From an uncultured virus (IMG/VR IMGVR_UViG_3300035235_000742) (lineage: Duplodnaviria > Heunggongvirae > Uroviricota > Caudoviricetes > Crassvirales), in IMG/VR virus record IMGVR_UViG_3300035235_000742: DNA of 64,000 nt; one strand, 5' to 3'. Numbering within the stretch: position 1 is the stretch's first letter; the number at the start of each line of letters is the position of its first letter. Shown here piece after piece: positions 38,802 to 49,592 of this stretch. A program made the translations under genes and the position numbers. Under the pieces are notes generated by a model that was not told the DNA's origin, did not search any database, and saw only the letters and a program-made list of their open reading frames with translations.

Positions 38802-39956
38802 TTATTTTTTACTTTTAAATTTCAACTTAGAACTATCAACACCATTAACTGCTTTTACTTTTAATCCTCCTATAAAAACATCTCCATTAGCTTGTGGCCT
38901 AGGATCTTGATTTATATTTTTAGATTTAGCCATCATATCTTTAACTGCGTCGGCTTTACCTTGCTCGTAGAAGTGATTAGCTATTGTATCGGCATTATCA
39001 GCGGCATAAATAGCTTTGTGATAACCTACAGTATCAATAACTTCTCCCTTATCATTTAAGAACTTCTTAACGAATGTGTTTAAGTTTGACTGCTTTTCAA
39101 CTACATCATTTGTATTACCAACGTTATATCTAAATTTCTTTTCACCTAAATTAAACTCAAAACCTTTGAATTCATTAGCGAATAACTCATTAGTTGAACG
39201 TTGAAAATTATTATGATGCTGCTCTGCTATTTGTTGTTCTTTGTTGTATCTATTGAAAAAATCCATAGCCTTTTGTTGTTCCTGAGTAGCGCCCGGTCTC
39301 AACTTGATCTCGTCGTAATATTTACTCTTTGTTTCTTCCAAAAAGCTTTTGGCTTTTGCAATTTCTTCTTTTAAAGCAAGTTTTTTCTTTTTTATATCTC
39401 GCTCTTCTTCCACTTCCTCATCCCAAGTAAAATTGTCTTCCATTATGAAATCAATTTCTTCTTTTTCTAAGTGTGGTTTAGTATTTTTATAGTATTCTAC
39501 AAGTAATGTTTCTGGAGATACATTAGAGTAGTCTGTGTTTAATCTAACGTAGTCTTCTACATTCCCACCAGTTTCCTCCATGAAAGAAACAAGTTTTTCA
39601 ATGTTCTCTGGTAACTTCTTGCCTAATACTTTTTCATCTTTTACAGCTTCTTTTAACTCGCTGTTTATTTTTTTAGTTTCTTCTATTACTTCTACTATAG
39701 GTGAATCTATTTTTTCATCAATTTTAATAGCGTCATCTTTAACAACTTCATCTTTAATCTCTTCTATTGCGACTGCAGTTTCTGGTTGTTTTTCTTCAGT
39801 TAAATCTTCTTTTAACTCTACTTTAGTAATTTCTTCTTTATCTTTATTTTTACCTAAATCAACTTTTATAGTTTCTTCAACTTTTTTATTTGTTAATTTT
39901 CTTGGCTTTTTTATTTTAAGAGGTGCCTTCTCTTTATCTTGAACTGTTTCTGACAT
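38802..39956 (-). CDS. probable capsid scaffolding protein
   Basis: E/K-rich low-complexity N-terminus; located between portal and MCP. Confidence 0.65.
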   Translation of the reverse strand: MSETVQDKEKAPLKIKKPRKLTNKKVEETIKVDLGKNKDKEEITKVELKEDLTEEKQPETAVAIEEIKDEVVKDDAIKIDEKIDSPIVEVIEETKKINSELKEAVKDEKVLGKKLPENIEKLVSFMEETGGNVEDYVRLNTDYSNVSPETLLVEYYKNTKPHLEKEEIDFIMEDNFTWDEEVEEERDIKKKKLALKEEIAKAKSFLEETKSKYYDEIKLRPGATQEQQKAMDFFNRYNKEQQIAEQHHNNFQRSTNELFANEFKGFEFNLGEKKFRYNVGNTNDVVEKQSNLNTFVKKFLNDKGEVIDTVGYHKAIYAADNADTIANHFYEQGKADAVKDMMAKSKNINQDPRPQANGDVFIGGLKVKAVNGVDSSKLKFKSKK

Positions 39957-39982
39957 AATATAATATAATAATTAATAAAAAT

Positions 39983-42412
39983 TTATTCAGGCATTAATTG
40001 ACCTGGGTTTTGTAAACTATTCATATCCATATTTGTTAAATCTTCTTTAGACTCAAAATCTATGGGTAGTAAATCGTTTTTTCTTTGTGAAATCATTTCA
40101 CTTTGTTGGGTTGCTTGGATTTTTGTTCTTTTATCTTTTCTATCTTCTATTTCATTTTCTTTTTGAGACATTTGACTTATATCCATTTGTTTTAACTGAA
40201 TATCAAATCCATATTTCATTTGAAGAATCTCTTTATCTATCTGCCCTTGTTGTTGCATTTCGCTTATTTCAAATTGAGATTTAGCTTGCTCTATTTGCAC
40301 TGTTGTCTCTGCTAGAGCTTGCTGTTTTTGCATTTCAGCTAATGTTGCTTGTTCCGCGGCTTGAGCATTTGCTTGAGCTTGAGCTTGTATATTAGCTTGC
40401 TGTCTACTTTGGTCATCAGCTTGCTTACGCTTTCTTCTTTCTTTAAGCATTTGATTAGCAAGTTTAATATTACTAACCTCCCTAAGATCTATAGCATCTT
40501 CTAAGTTTATAGCTTGAGTTTTTAAAGCAATTTGAATATTCTGTTCTAGCATTGCTTTTTCCTCTTCATCAGGCATTAAATTTAAAAATATACCAAAATC
40601 GTGTATATTTAAATCTGACAACTCATCTAATGTTGACACATTATATCTTGATATACTATTTTCTAAAGCTGTTCTAGTAAAAGGAAATTCTAATGAATCT
40701 GATATTCTTAATGCTATATTCTCACATGTTCTTGATGTTAAATACAACATAGCTTGAAGCAAGTGTCTAGTTGCCGTATTAGAATTAGCCGCTGCTAATT
40801 TTTGTAAACCGACTAATGCGTTTTTATCTGGAGTACCGCCGTCTCTAGCTTCGTTTAATCCAGTTACATCTCTTATCATTTGTAGATAATATTGATAAGT
40901 CTGTATTAGTGATTGTATTTTAGCACCACCAGATCCAGTCTGTAACTCTTGTATTGGAACTTTACCTCTATTAGGATCACCATCTTGAGTTAAACTTCTA
41001 CCAACAACAGAACCTGTTTGAAAATACATATTTAAAGCTTCTGCTGGATTATAATTAGTTCCATTACCTAAATCAACCTCTGCTAAACCATCCATATCTA
41101 AGAATACACCATCTGGAACTACTCTAGACAATACTTGTTGTATCTTAAGGTGAGTTAACTGAATCATATCAGCAAAACCAGTTATTCTATTAACTAATGA
41201 ATCTATACGTCCTTTATACATTCTAGGAGCACATATATTATAATTCATTTTTACTCTAGTAGTATCTGCAGTTGGCCTAGTCATATGTTCGGCTAAGCCC
41301 CATTTCAACATCATAGGGTGACCTAGTATTTTAACTCCACTGTATAAAGTTTCTATAGTTCTAGAAACCCTTTCAAAACCATCATTTGGTGGCGGCGTAA
41401 AAGTATCAGGCTTTTCTAAAGCTTTTTCTAAACCATTAGCAGTTTGTTTAATTTTAAAAACTTGATCTGAATAAGTTTTATATTCAAAATAAACTACTTG
41501 TACTGTTTGTGAGTCGTTTCTACCACTCCAATTTCTTAAATATTCAGAATTTCCAGGATATTTTTGAATCCTAATCATTTCTTCTTCTGTTATATTTGGA
41601 AATTGCATTTTTAAGTCAGGTAAACTAACTGACTTTACTTCACCAACGTAATAAAGATCTTCAAAATTAGGATCTTCAGTATATGAATAAACCAAAGAAG
41701 CTGGATCTACGTAATCCACAACAACACCTTCCGCCCTGTTCCAGTTTGTTTTAACAGCGCCAATTCCTAAAATAGTTAAATCTTCACAAAACCTACGCTT
41801 AACTAGCTCAAACTTATTTCTATTTAATACGTCATTTATAACTTCTTCTTCAGCTATTTCTACTGATTGCTTATAATCTAATTGTAAATGAAGTTTAATT
41901 TCTTCTTCTGACTCTAGTTGAAGTCTTTTGTATTGTGGTGACCTTAAATCCATTCCAGTTGCTTGCTGAATTTGCTGCATTAGTTCTTGTTCTTGAACGT
42001 CTCTAAGAAGTTCTTCAGCATATTTAGTTCTTTTTTTAGTAGAAAAAGGATCAACAGCAAAAGCTTTTATTTCATAATTTCTTTGAGACATACCATTTAC
42101 AACTATATCTACAAATTTAGGTATTACAGGAACTGGCTTCCAGTCTAAGTTTAAATAAGATAAATCTCCATTTATAGCTAATTCATCTTTGTATTTTTGA
42201 ACATTTTGTTCACCTCTAGCGTATAATCTTAAATTATGATAATTAGTATAATTAGTAGCATTACCGCCTAGCCCACCGCCTCCGTAATTTCTAAACCACT
42301 CTCCTTCTATAGCTCTACCCACAGCAAGACCATATTCTAAAGTAGCTTTTTCTGCATCAGGTACAACTTGATCTGGAAATGAACTATTGTTATTATAAGA
42401 AATCTGATTCAT
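39983..42412 (-). CDS. portal protein
   Basis: 809 aa after terminase; IPKFVDIVVNG, IRDVTGLNEARDG, Q-rich C-terminal coil. Confidence 0.85.
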   Translation of the reverse strand: MNQISYNNNSSFPDQVVPDAEKATLEYGLAVGRAIEGEWFRNYGGGGLGGNATNYTNYHNLRLYARGEQNVQKYKDELAINGDLSYLNLDWKPVPVIPKFVDIVVNGMSQRNYEIKAFAVDPFSTKKRTKYAEELLRDVQEQELMQQIQQATGMDLRSPQYKRLQLESEEEIKLHLQLDYKQSVEIAEEEVINDVLNRNKFELVKRRFCEDLTILGIGAVKTNWNRAEGVVVDYVDPASLVYSYTEDPNFEDLYYVGEVKSVSLPDLKMQFPNITEEEMIRIQKYPGNSEYLRNWSGRNDSQTVQVVYFEYKTYSDQVFKIKQTANGLEKALEKPDTFTPPPNDGFERVSRTIETLYSGVKILGHPMMLKWGLAEHMTRPTADTTRVKMNYNICAPRMYKGRIDSLVNRITGFADMIQLTHLKIQQVLSRVVPDGVFLDMDGLAEVDLGNGTNYNPAEALNMYFQTGSVVGRSLTQDGDPNRGKVPIQELQTGSGGAKIQSLIQTYQYYLQMIRDVTGLNEARDGGTPDKNALVGLQKLAAANSNTATRHLLQAMLYLTSRTCENIALRISDSLEFPFTRTALENSISRYNVSTLDELSDLNIHDFGIFLNLMPDEEEKAMLEQNIQIALKTQAINLEDAIDLREVSNIKLANQMLKERRKRKQADDQSRQQANIQAQAQANAQAAEQATLAEMQKQQALAETTVQIEQAKSQFEISEMQQQGQIDKEILQMKYGFDIQLKQMDISQMSQKENEIEDRKDKRTKIQATQQSEMISQRKNDLLPIDFESKEDLTNMDMNSLQNPGQLMPE

Positions 42413-42416
42413 TTAT

Positions 42417-44642
42417 TTATTTTATTATTTTTGAAATTACCCCATCATTTTGATATTTTTTAATACCTAATTTTATAGGTTGATATTTTTTTTCAGGATT
42501 TGGTCTATATCTGTTCTTGTTACAAGCCATTATAGCTAAACCAGAGCTTATAGAAGCATCATGCTTAGTTCTATTGTTTATATTAAAAACAGCCCAATCT
42601 TCTAATGTCTTTTGATGGTACATATCACCTTGTCCAGTTTCTGTAAAACCTATATACTCTTCTATATAAGACTCTATTGCTGCTGCGTGAGCTTGCTTAA
42701 TGTCTTCACTTGAATTAGGTATTCCACCAATTTCTTTTTCTGTTACAGATAGTTTGTTCCAAATTTTATCAGGACGATTTATTGAGAACCCTCTATAACC
42801 TCTGCGTTTAAAATAGTATAACAATCTTGGTTTGTTGTTTTCAGCTAGTATTGGCATACCATAAAATACACAAGCCATTAAAACGTCTTCAAAGAATATT
42901 TCAGCTGTTTGTGGCCTTGATATGTATTCCAAAAAGAAATGATTAGGTGGTGCGTCTTCCATAGAAAACTTAGTTAGCCCATGTAGTGATCCATTAGATC
43001 CTTTACCGTCTACTGTTCCTGATATGTCATAACTATCACACCCAAATGCGCCTATATGTTCGTTACCAGGATATTTGCCTCCGTTTTTATTAATTATTTT
43101 ATTCTGTATATTAACAGGCGGAACCCAACTAATTTTAAATCTACCATCTTTATTAGGAGAGAATATAACTCTACTATCTTTTATACCATTTTGCCACATA
43201 AAGCTACCTGTAGTAACAGCAGCTATATTATTAGAATCTAAATTATAATCTATTTGCTGATATATTTTTGTTAGATTAAATAAACTTTGCTTAGCTTCGT
43301 CCCTAAATGCATGCATTTCAGTTCTTGGAAACTGTCTATAATATTCGTTTAAACTGTCTTGGTCGTTTTTTAAACCTTCAACCTCGTTTTCCCAGTGTTC
43401 AATAACGCCTGTTGTAATTTCAAAACCGTCGACTCCTTTGACTGTATTTTCTTTTCTAACGAAAACAGGTGATCCGTAAGAATCCATGAATCCTTCGTAG
43501 TTCCACTCCATAGGGATGAACATAGAATAGAGTCCAGAAGAAGTTTGTCCGTTTCGATTTCTTTTTGTAACGTCTGAATTATAGTATAACTTTTTGAAGT
43601 TGTTTCCACCTTTATCTAATGCGTTTGAAGTTGAGCCCATCATACACTTGCCTACGATTCTTGATCCTAGTCTTAGTGTTGTTTTTGTGACTCGCCAGTT
43701 GTTTAATATGTTGTCCGGTCTTTCCCATTTTCCGCTTTCGTCGTGTGCTAATAATTTTAATTTCTCACCATCGTAAGAGTTATCGCCAGTGTTTTTCCAG
43801 TCAATAGTTGTGTCAAGTCCATCTAGTTCTCTTAGTTGCTCATTACTCTCAAGCTTTCTTCTAGTAAGTTTTGAAGCCGGAACCCTATACGCCAGTTCTG
43901 TCTTAGGACGATCCATACCGTCTTGGATCGGTTTGAAGAAAAACGGATAGTTAACGGATATTGGTACAACCTTGTCTGTGAACATTTTTTTAGCATCTGC
44001 TCCAGATTTAGATAGTATACCGAATCTGGCGTCACTTGATATCGTTGCTTGGTTAACAAGCTCTGCTGAGGACATAAATGAAAATCCAGACCTTCTGTTT
44101 TTAAGGTAGCACATCCCGTAACATCTGTTATCTGCTTTACACGCTTCCCAAAATATAAAGAATAATCTATTTGCTTCTCTGTAATCTGGTGCCCCAACGT
44201 CGATCTTTGACCATTGTAAGTACATGTAATGAGTGCCAGTAATATAAGTAGGTAAACCTTTGTTGTAAAACCAATAACCCTCATCTCTTCTTGTAAATTC
44301 TTTATCTATATAATCGTACCATTTCTCTTTAAACTCAGTATCGTGATCTTCCCAGTCAAACCTAGATTTAATTCTGTTTAATTCTTTTGGATACTCTTGC
44401 TTTTCCCATCTTTGTTCAACTTTGCTTTCGCTTCGTTTAAACGGTTCATTTGCTGCTGGTAAAGCAATCCTGAGATTCTGTATTTCAATGATTTGTCCAA
44501 TTTTTCCAGTTTTACTTATTACTATAAAATCATAATCAGAGTTATAACCATACTCCCATTTTTTGAAACGATTTTGTTTCTTTAATATTTTAGGGTTAAC
44601 AACATCTTCAACCTCTCTCCAAAGAGTTTGCTCGTAACTCAC
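42417..44642 (-). CDS. terL: terminase large subunit
   Basis: KNRRSGFS (Walker A-like), HDESGKW (Walker B), GST, nuclease GCDSYD. Confidence 0.9.
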   Translation of the reverse strand: MSYEQTLWREVEDVVNPKILKKQNRFKKWEYGYNSDYDFIVISKTGKIGQIIEIQNLRIALPAANEPFKRSESKVEQRWEKQEYPKELNRIKSRFDWEDHDTEFKEKWYDYIDKEFTRRDEGYWFYNKGLPTYITGTHYMYLQWSKIDVGAPDYREANRLFFIFWEACKADNRCYGMCYLKNRRSGFSFMSSAELVNQATISSDARFGILSKSGADAKKMFTDKVVPISVNYPFFFKPIQDGMDRPKTELAYRVPASKLTRRKLESNEQLRELDGLDTTIDWKNTGDNSYDGEKLKLLAHDESGKWERPDNILNNWRVTKTTLRLGSRIVGKCMMGSTSNALDKGGNNFKKLYYNSDVTKRNRNGQTSSGLYSMFIPMEWNYEGFMDSYGSPVFVRKENTVKGVDGFEITTGVIEHWENEVEGLKNDQDSLNEYYRQFPRTEMHAFRDEAKQSLFNLTKIYQQIDYNLDSNNIAAVTTGSFMWQNGIKDSRVIFSPNKDGRFKISWVPPVNIQNKIINKNGGKYPGNEHIGAFGCDSYDISGTVDGKGSNGSLHGLTKFSMEDAPPNHFFLEYISRPQTAEIFFEDVLMACVFYGMPILAENNKPRLLYYFKRRGYRGFSINRPDKIWNKLSVTEKEIGGIPNSSEDIKQAHAAAIESYIEEYIGFTETGQGDMYHQKTLEDWAVFNINNRTKHDASISSGLAIMACNKNRYRPNPEKKYQPIKLGIKKYQNDGVISKIIK

Positions 44643-44914
44643 TTGCTTCTCCCTTCTGCAAATCCTTTAAAAGTTTTTTGTTCTTTAACTTCTTTAGGTT
44701 TTTCATTTAAAATATCCTCTTCTATTTGTATACGAGTTAATATTTCAAAAGCATCAAATATTGCTAATTTTTTTGTTGCAGCAGCATTTTTTAATCTATC
44801 AGCGCTTACATCATCGTCTGAGTCTACAATCTTTTCTTTTGCTACTTTAATTAGTTCTTCAACTGCTTTCTGCCCAGCTTGGATTATTTTCTTTTTCGTT
44901 TCCTTTATATTCAT
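44639..44914 (-). CDS. hypothetical protein, possible terminase small subunit
   Basis: 91-aa helical ORF coupled to terL. Confidence 0.45.
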   Translation of the reverse strand: MNIKETKKKIIQAGQKAVEELIKVAKEKIVDSDDDVSADRLKNAAATKKLAIFDAFEILTRIQIEEDILNEKPKEVKEQKTFKGFAEGRSK

Positions 44915-45452
44915 GGGTTAAAGCTATATCATTTGATTTCATACAATAAAGTCGTTCACCATCTATAATAAACTCAAATTCAGAGTTTGGGGTAAACGTA
45001 ATAAGTGTTCCAGGAGTGATTCCTAGCGCTTCTAAGGTATTGTTAGTATATTTCACTATACCAACGTTAGGTTGTTCTTTTCTATTACTTAAAAAGCTTT
45101 GGTTTTTAATTGGTTTTATAAAGCAGTAGTCTAAATGAGGTTTAGTATTATACATATAAATTTGCTCAGGAGCGCAGAAGTATAGATTGTCTTTAAAAAA
45201 AGTACCACTATTTTTTTCAACTCCTCTAACGTCATAATATCTTCTTAAAATATTATGATGAATATAAACTTCATCACCAACTTTGATTTTTGTTTTATAA
45301 GCAGCTGGAGCTGAAACTACAACTGCTTTTTTACTTACAAAAATATGATTTTCTATACTTGAATTAATAATTAATTCTTTATCACCAACCGATTTGATAT
45401 TTTCATATCTTTTATCTAGTGGTTTAATGATAAAATGATATATACTATTCAT
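44859..45452 (-). CDS. GroES-like (tandem Cpn10-fold) protein
   Basis: FIIKP...AVVVSAP...IKVGDEVYI and a second repeat CFIKP...GIVKY...IDGERLYCMKSNDI. Confidence 0.55.
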   Translation of the reverse strand: MNSIYHFIIKPLDKRYENIKSVGDKELIINSSIENHIFVSKKAVVVSAPAAYKTKIKVGDEVYIHHNILRRYYDVRGVEKNSGTFFKDNLYFCAPEQIYMYNTKPHLDYCFIKPIKNQSFLSNRKEQPNVGIVKYTNNTLEALGITPGTLITFTPNSEFEFIIDGERLYCMKSNDIALTHEYKGNEKENNPSWAESS

Positions 45453-45679
45453 TAATACTTAAGATCGTACTCTACAGAAACCGCCATGTTAGAATTAAAC
45501 TTTTTCCAAGGCAAGACTTCATCATTTTTAGTTATATATATATTATACGATTTATCTTTATCTTTAAAAAGAATATCACTAATTACATGACCACCATAGA
45601 CTTCTTGTCCAGTGGAATAATGCATGGCTTCGTTTTTATAGTCAGCCCCTATACTAATCTTTCTTATTACCTTCGACAT
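45452..45679 (-). CDS. hypothetical protein
   Basis: 75-aa coupled ORF. Confidence 0.65.
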   Translation of the reverse strand: MSKVIRKISIGADYKNEAMHYSTGQEVYGGHVISDILFKDKDKSYNIYITKNDEVLPWKKFNSNMAVSVEYDLKY

Positions 45680-45902
45680 CAGATTCCATTTGAGTATATT
45701 CGCCTGTCTCTATGTCTACATTAATAGATCCATATTGTGTTTCAAGCACTTCTTTGTAGTCTCTTATATCTTTATTAACAACAGCAATTTCATGAAGCAA
45801 TCCATGTTTTTGCGTTTCTAACAAGCCTATTTCATTGACTAATTTACTAAGATCTTTTTGCTGCTCTTTAATTAGCTTTAATTCTTCTTCTTTAATTTTC
45901 AT
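45654..45902 (-). CDS. coiled-coil protein, paralog of 45908-46153
   Basis: Ends YGSINVDIETGEY. Confidence 0.65.
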   Translation of the reverse strand: MKIKEEELKLIKEQQKDLSKLVNEIGLLETQKHGLLHEIAVVNKDIRDYKEVLETQYGSINVDIETGEYTQMESDVEGNKKD

Positions 45903-45907
45903 TTTAT

Positions 45908-46153
45908 TTAATTTAATTCTGAAATTTCACCTGTGTTTATGTTTATATTAACACTACCATACTTTTTCTCTAACGCGTCTCTAACTATAACTTCTTCAGA
46001 TTTAGCATTTTTAAGTAACTCTACGTATTCTAGTTTAGTTACTTCCATTGATCCTATTTCTTGAGTTATATTGGTTACTCTTCTAGTTATTTCAGAAACT
46101 TCTTCTAGTTCTTTTTTTGTTACTTTTTTTGCTTTTGATTTTGCTTTTGCCAT
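45908..46153 (-). CDS. coiled-coil protein, paralog of 45654-45902
   Basis: Ends YGSVNININTGEI. Confidence 0.65.
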   Translation of the reverse strand: MAKAKSKAKKVTKKELEEVSEITRRVTNITQEIGSMEVTKLEYVELLKNAKSEEVIVRDALEKKYGSVNININTGEISELN

Positions 46154-46198
46154 TTGATTTGATTTTATTGATTTTATTTGATTTTATTATTTATTAAT

Positions 46199-46936
46199 TT
46201 ATGGTGTGAGTGGTGAGTAGGTAGCAGTACTATTTAATGTTGCTGTGTCACCTCCTGAGCCTGAATCATTTCCATTATTTTCAAATCTCCACCAATTAAC
46301 TGGATTTAAACTTGAAACGTCTCCTGGAGTTCCATTATTCCAAATGCTATCAATTTGAGGATCAGACAAATCATAATTAAACAAAGCAAGTTCATCAATG
46401 TTGCCATTCACTCCAAGTCCAGTAAATCCAGGAAGATTTCCAATTGTAGCAGCGCCTGATGGATAACTGCCTGGGTCAGTTGCTGCTCCGGCATTGTCTA
46501 ATTGACCATTTATAAACAAGCTTAAAGCTCCTGATGATTTTCTAAGTAAAACATGAATCCAAGAGCCAGTATTTATTGTTGTATTAGATTTGTATTCAGC
46601 TACATTTCCACTACTATCAGTATATCCGTAAACAAGATTTGTTGTACCTGAAATTTCCGAAAACATAAAATAAGGCGTAAATGCTGGAGCTTGAGCTGGG
46701 TAATAGATAGCACTATAACCAGATGATGTCGTTAATTTTACCCATGCTGACCAAGTAAAACTTGCCCCCCAACCGCTTTGGTTTGTAGTAGCTATGCTAT
46801 TTGATCCATTAAGCAGCAAACTTTTTGTGTTAGGAAAAGGTGGTGGAGGAGGTGGAGGAGGTGGAGGTGTTCCTCCACCCTTTTGACCTGGTAAATCACT
46901 TATTTTAGAGGTAGTTAACCCCATGCCCATGCTCAT
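46199..46936 (-). CDS. LamG/concanavalin A-like domain virion protein with polyproline linker
   Basis: FTWSAWVK, WIHV, LFINGQ, GNIDELALFN, WWRFE; P9 tract. Confidence 0.8.
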   Translation of the reverse strand: MSMGMGLTTSKISDLPGQKGGGTPPPPPPPPPPFPNTKSLLLNGSNSIATTNQSGWGASFTWSAWVKLTTSSGYSAIYYPAQAPAFTPYFMFSEISGTTNLVYGYTDSSGNVAEYKSNTTINTGSWIHVLLRKSSGALSLFINGQLDNAGAATDPGSYPSGAATIGNLPGFTGLGVNGNIDELALFNYDLSDPQIDSIWNNGTPGDVSSLNPVNWWRFENNGNDSGSGGDTATLNSTATYSPLTP

Positions 46937-47293
46937 TTAAAATAAAGCTATTATATCATTCGCTGTAGTCGTCTGAGCTGATGTACTATCATAGCCATAT
47001 ATTTTAGTAGCTAGTATAGGCAAAAAAGATCCAGCTGTTACACCTTTAAATAATACTCTATCACCACTTTCTAATTCTACATCAATATTTCCTGCATCAC
47101 CTACGTATATACAAGCTCCTCTTGATATTACAACAGCTGTATCATCTGGAGGTGCTGGATATGTATAAACGAAAGCATCGGCTGCTGCCGATGGTAATGT
47201 TATAGCATTAGCTGAATGAGCAAAAACTCTTGGTTGAGCCGCTTCATTTCCTTTTATACCAGCTATATCTATTGTTGTTGTTCCTGCTGCCAT
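46937..47293 (-). CDS. small virion protein (head spike base-like)
   Basis: IYVGDAGNIDV...FKGVTAGSFLPI pattern. Confidence 0.55.
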   Translation of the reverse strand: MAAGTTTIDIAGIKGNEAAQPRVFAHSANAITLPSAAADAFVYTYPAPPDDTAVVISRGACIYVGDAGNIDVELESGDRVLFKGVTAGSFLPILATKIYGYDSTSAQTTTANDIIALF

Positions 47294-47295
47294 TT

Positions 47296-47745
47296 TTATT
47301 TATTTATTTTTGTTATTTTTTCAGCACCACGACTTCCGAAGTATGCTACATAAACTGTTACCAGCAATGTTTTTAATAAGTTTATCCAAGCTTCATCAAC
47401 TTGAAATTGTAAGTGAAAAGAATCTACAGCCATCATAAATACTGCAGATGCTGTTAAGAATATTAAAGCTAGCGGTCGTGTGTTTTTAGAAAGCCATGAA
47501 TCACTTTTCATATCGCTTCTCCATCTGCTAGAAACTTCTTTCATTTCAGCTATATCTTGCTCTATAAGTTTCATAGCTTGTTCTTTATCAACTGCCTTAA
47601 TCTTATTATCACTTGTTATAAGATTTTTTACTACACCTAGTGTGCCTTGATCAGGTAGTACGTCTCCAAGAGCTTGTAATACCTTAGGAGCCTTACTTGA
47701 TAAAAAGGCTCCTATTTTTGTTTCTTTAAAAGTTTTCTTTTCCAT
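47296..47745 (-). CDS. holin (3TM/GTA-holin-like)
   Basis: RWRSDM.SDSWLSKNTRP plus hydrophobic helices and YFGSRG.EK. Confidence 0.7.
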   Translation of the reverse strand: MEKKTFKETKIGAFLSSKAPKVLQALGDVLPDQGTLGVVKNLITSDNKIKAVDKEQAMKLIEQDIAEMKEVSSRWRSDMKSDSWLSKNTRPLALIFLTASAVFMMAVDSFHLQFQVDEAWINLLKTLLVTVYVAYFGSRGAEKITKINK

Positions 47746-48413
47746 TAAAATGAAGCTCTAATAATTCGATTCTCCTTAGGTGGATTTGGAACTGGTTTTT
47801 TATTTTTCATTTTTTCAAAAGCTGACATTGGGCCTCCATATATTATTTTACCAGCTTTTTTATTAAGATAATTAGCTTCTAATTGAGTCATTTCTCTTGA
47901 CATTGGATCTTGACCACCTCTTAAAGTACTTCCAACTGTAGAACTTATTTGAGTACCGTACTGTAAACCATCTCCAGCTTTATAACCATGAGTTTGCGCA
48001 AGGCCATCTAAATATGAGTAGTCTACTTCTGGCTTTGGTGGCTTAGTGTTCTCAACAACTCTATTAGAAACACTAGTAACAACTTTTGGCTGAGATTGTC
48101 TTGTGGCTTCAGCTTTAAATTCTGGAAAACTCAAATTACCATAAGCATTTTTGTCACGATTCTTATAAGCTTCTTCCATAGAAACTTTAGGTTTATCTTT
48201 AAAAGGTGTTATGGTAACGTCTGTTTTAGTTTCTTCATTGTAACCAGTTTCAGTTGGTGTTTTAGTAACAGTAATCTTAGTATCTTCTCCTGGTCCACCT
48301 TTTTTATAATAAGTTGTTGGTTCGTTTAACACAGGCGAGTTAATTAATCCTTTCTTCTGCATAGGAGAGTAAGAACACTTATTCTTGCCTATTGGTGACA
48401 TTTTAAAAGCCAT
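47745..48413 (-). CDS. hypothetical late protein
   Basis: 222 aa, starts MAFKMSP. Confidence 0.65.
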   Translation of the reverse strand: MAFKMSPIGKNKCSYSPMQKKGLINSPVLNEPTTYYKKGGPGEDTKITVTKTPTETGYNEETKTDVTITPFKDKPKVSMEEAYKNRDKNAYGNLSFPEFKAEATRQSQPKVVTSVSNRVVENTKPPKPEVDYSYLDGLAQTHGYKAGDGLQYGTQISSTVGSTLRGGQDPMSREMTQLEANYLNKKAGKIIYGGPMSAFEKMKNKKPVPNPPKENRIIRASF

Positions 48414-48868
48414 TACCCTCTACTTCTTGGTCCAGCAATTGAATTTACTATATGCATTAATTTTTTCTTTTCAAACTTAGCTTCGCTTTTTTTACCATGC
48501 TTAGTGTCATAAACGGCGTTAGCGGCATAGTCTCTAGCTTCACGAGCTTCTGTTTTGTAAATAGGACCTTTTTTCATTGTTGCAGCTCTATCGTCAACCG
48601 GCATGTACTTAAGATCATCTTTAGCTTGTTGATTCATTCTTGCTATACTCTCAGCGCCTTTTGATCCTGCATCTTTAATAGCTTTTTCGTAAGGCTTTAT
48701 ATTGTTTTTTAGAAAAAAGTCTGCTCCAGGGTTATCAGTGAAATATTTTAGTGTACTTGTTAATAATTTTGAATTATCAGTATTTTTTTCAATATTTATA
48801 GCATCAAGTTTACCTTGAGCTCTGTCTCTTCTTCTTTCTAATCTTTTTACTTTATTTTTTCCTGGCAT
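48413..48868 (-). CDS. basic hypothetical late protein
   Basis: 151 aa. Confidence 0.65.
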   Translation of the reverse strand: MPGKNKVKRLERRRDRAQGKLDAINIEKNTDNSKLLTSTLKYFTDNPGADFFLKNNIKPYEKAIKDAGSKGAESIARMNQQAKDDLKYMPVDDRAATMKKGPIYKTEAREARDYAANAVYDTKHGKKSEAKFEKKKLMHIVNSIAGPRSRG

Positions 48869-48878
48869 AATATTTTTT

Positions 48879-49241
48879 TTATTTATTTTCTTTTGAATAA
48901 GCTTCTTTTTCCCAAGGAAACATTTTAGACCCTTCTATAATCCACTTACCATTGTATTTTATTTTTCCGTTTTTACGTGGATACTTTTCACCATTCCACA
49001 TAACATATTTGTCATTATAATTTAATCCTTTTTTACCGTTAGACTTGTCAAATTTCTTGAACTGTTCAACATGAACTTCTTCGTGACTTATAATTTCTTC
49101 AAGTTGCTTAGGGTTTTTAACTTTGTTATTAACTGTTATAGTTCCGTTGTTATTAGCTCTTCCCAACACACCACTTTCTTCATCTACATGGTATACAGGA
49201 GTTATGTTAGTCTCGTAAGGCGCTTTTAGTTTAAATGCCAT
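48879..49241 (-). CDS. small zincin-like metallopeptidase
   Basis: ISHEEVHVEQ (HExxH) plus PWEKEAY (third-ligand E). Confidence 0.65.
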   Translation of the reverse strand: MAFKLKAPYETNITPVYHVDEESGVLGRANNNGTITVNNKVKNPKQLEEIISHEEVHVEQFKKFDKSNGKKGLNYNDKYVMWNGEKYPRKNGKIKYNGKWIIEGSKMFPWEKEAYSKENK

Positions 49242-49432
49242 TATTTTCTTTTACAGCCAAAGTTTTTAGCGTAATTAGCCATTTTTACTACAGCTGGCTT
49301 ATATTTCTTAGTATTCTTCATTACTTTACTAGCTGCAGAACAAGTAGACTTACCTGGCATATTTTTCTTTACCCAAGCGGTAAATTTACCTTCGTTTTTT
49401 TCTTTTATTTCTGGAAATTCTTTTTTATCCAT
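49241..49432 (-). CDS. small basic protein
   Basis: 63 aa, K-rich; MANYAKN. Confidence 0.65.
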   Translation of the reverse strand: MDKKEFPEIKEKNEGKFTAWVKKNMPGKSTCSAASKVMKNTKKYKPAVVKMANYAKNFGCKRK

Positions 49433-49580
49433 CTTGCTTGTTTTTGTATGGAAAATAATAGTTTAATACGTTTTGCCTATTTTTACAACCACAACCACCA
49501 GGTATAGAATCTGCTAATTTTTTTATTCCTGTAGCTTTTGTAAACTTAGCTATTGTATCTCCTAATCCTTTTGATTCCAT
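49425..49580 (-). CDS. small protein (51 aa) with GLGDT and CGC motifs
   Basis: Read manually: MESKGLGDTIAKFTKATGIKK...GCGCKNRQ. Confidence 0.65.
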   Translation of the reverse strand: MESKGLGDTIAKFTKATGIKKLADSIPGGCGCKNRQNVLNYYFPYKNKQDG

Positions 49581-49592
49581 AATATTTATTTT

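Noticed and set aside
46150..46198. Short tandem AAAATCAAAT / TTATA repeats before start codons (also ~36180, ~39960, ~54445)
   Set aside because: Consistent with the A/T-rich, SD-less translation initiation regions of Bacteroidota; not a separate element.
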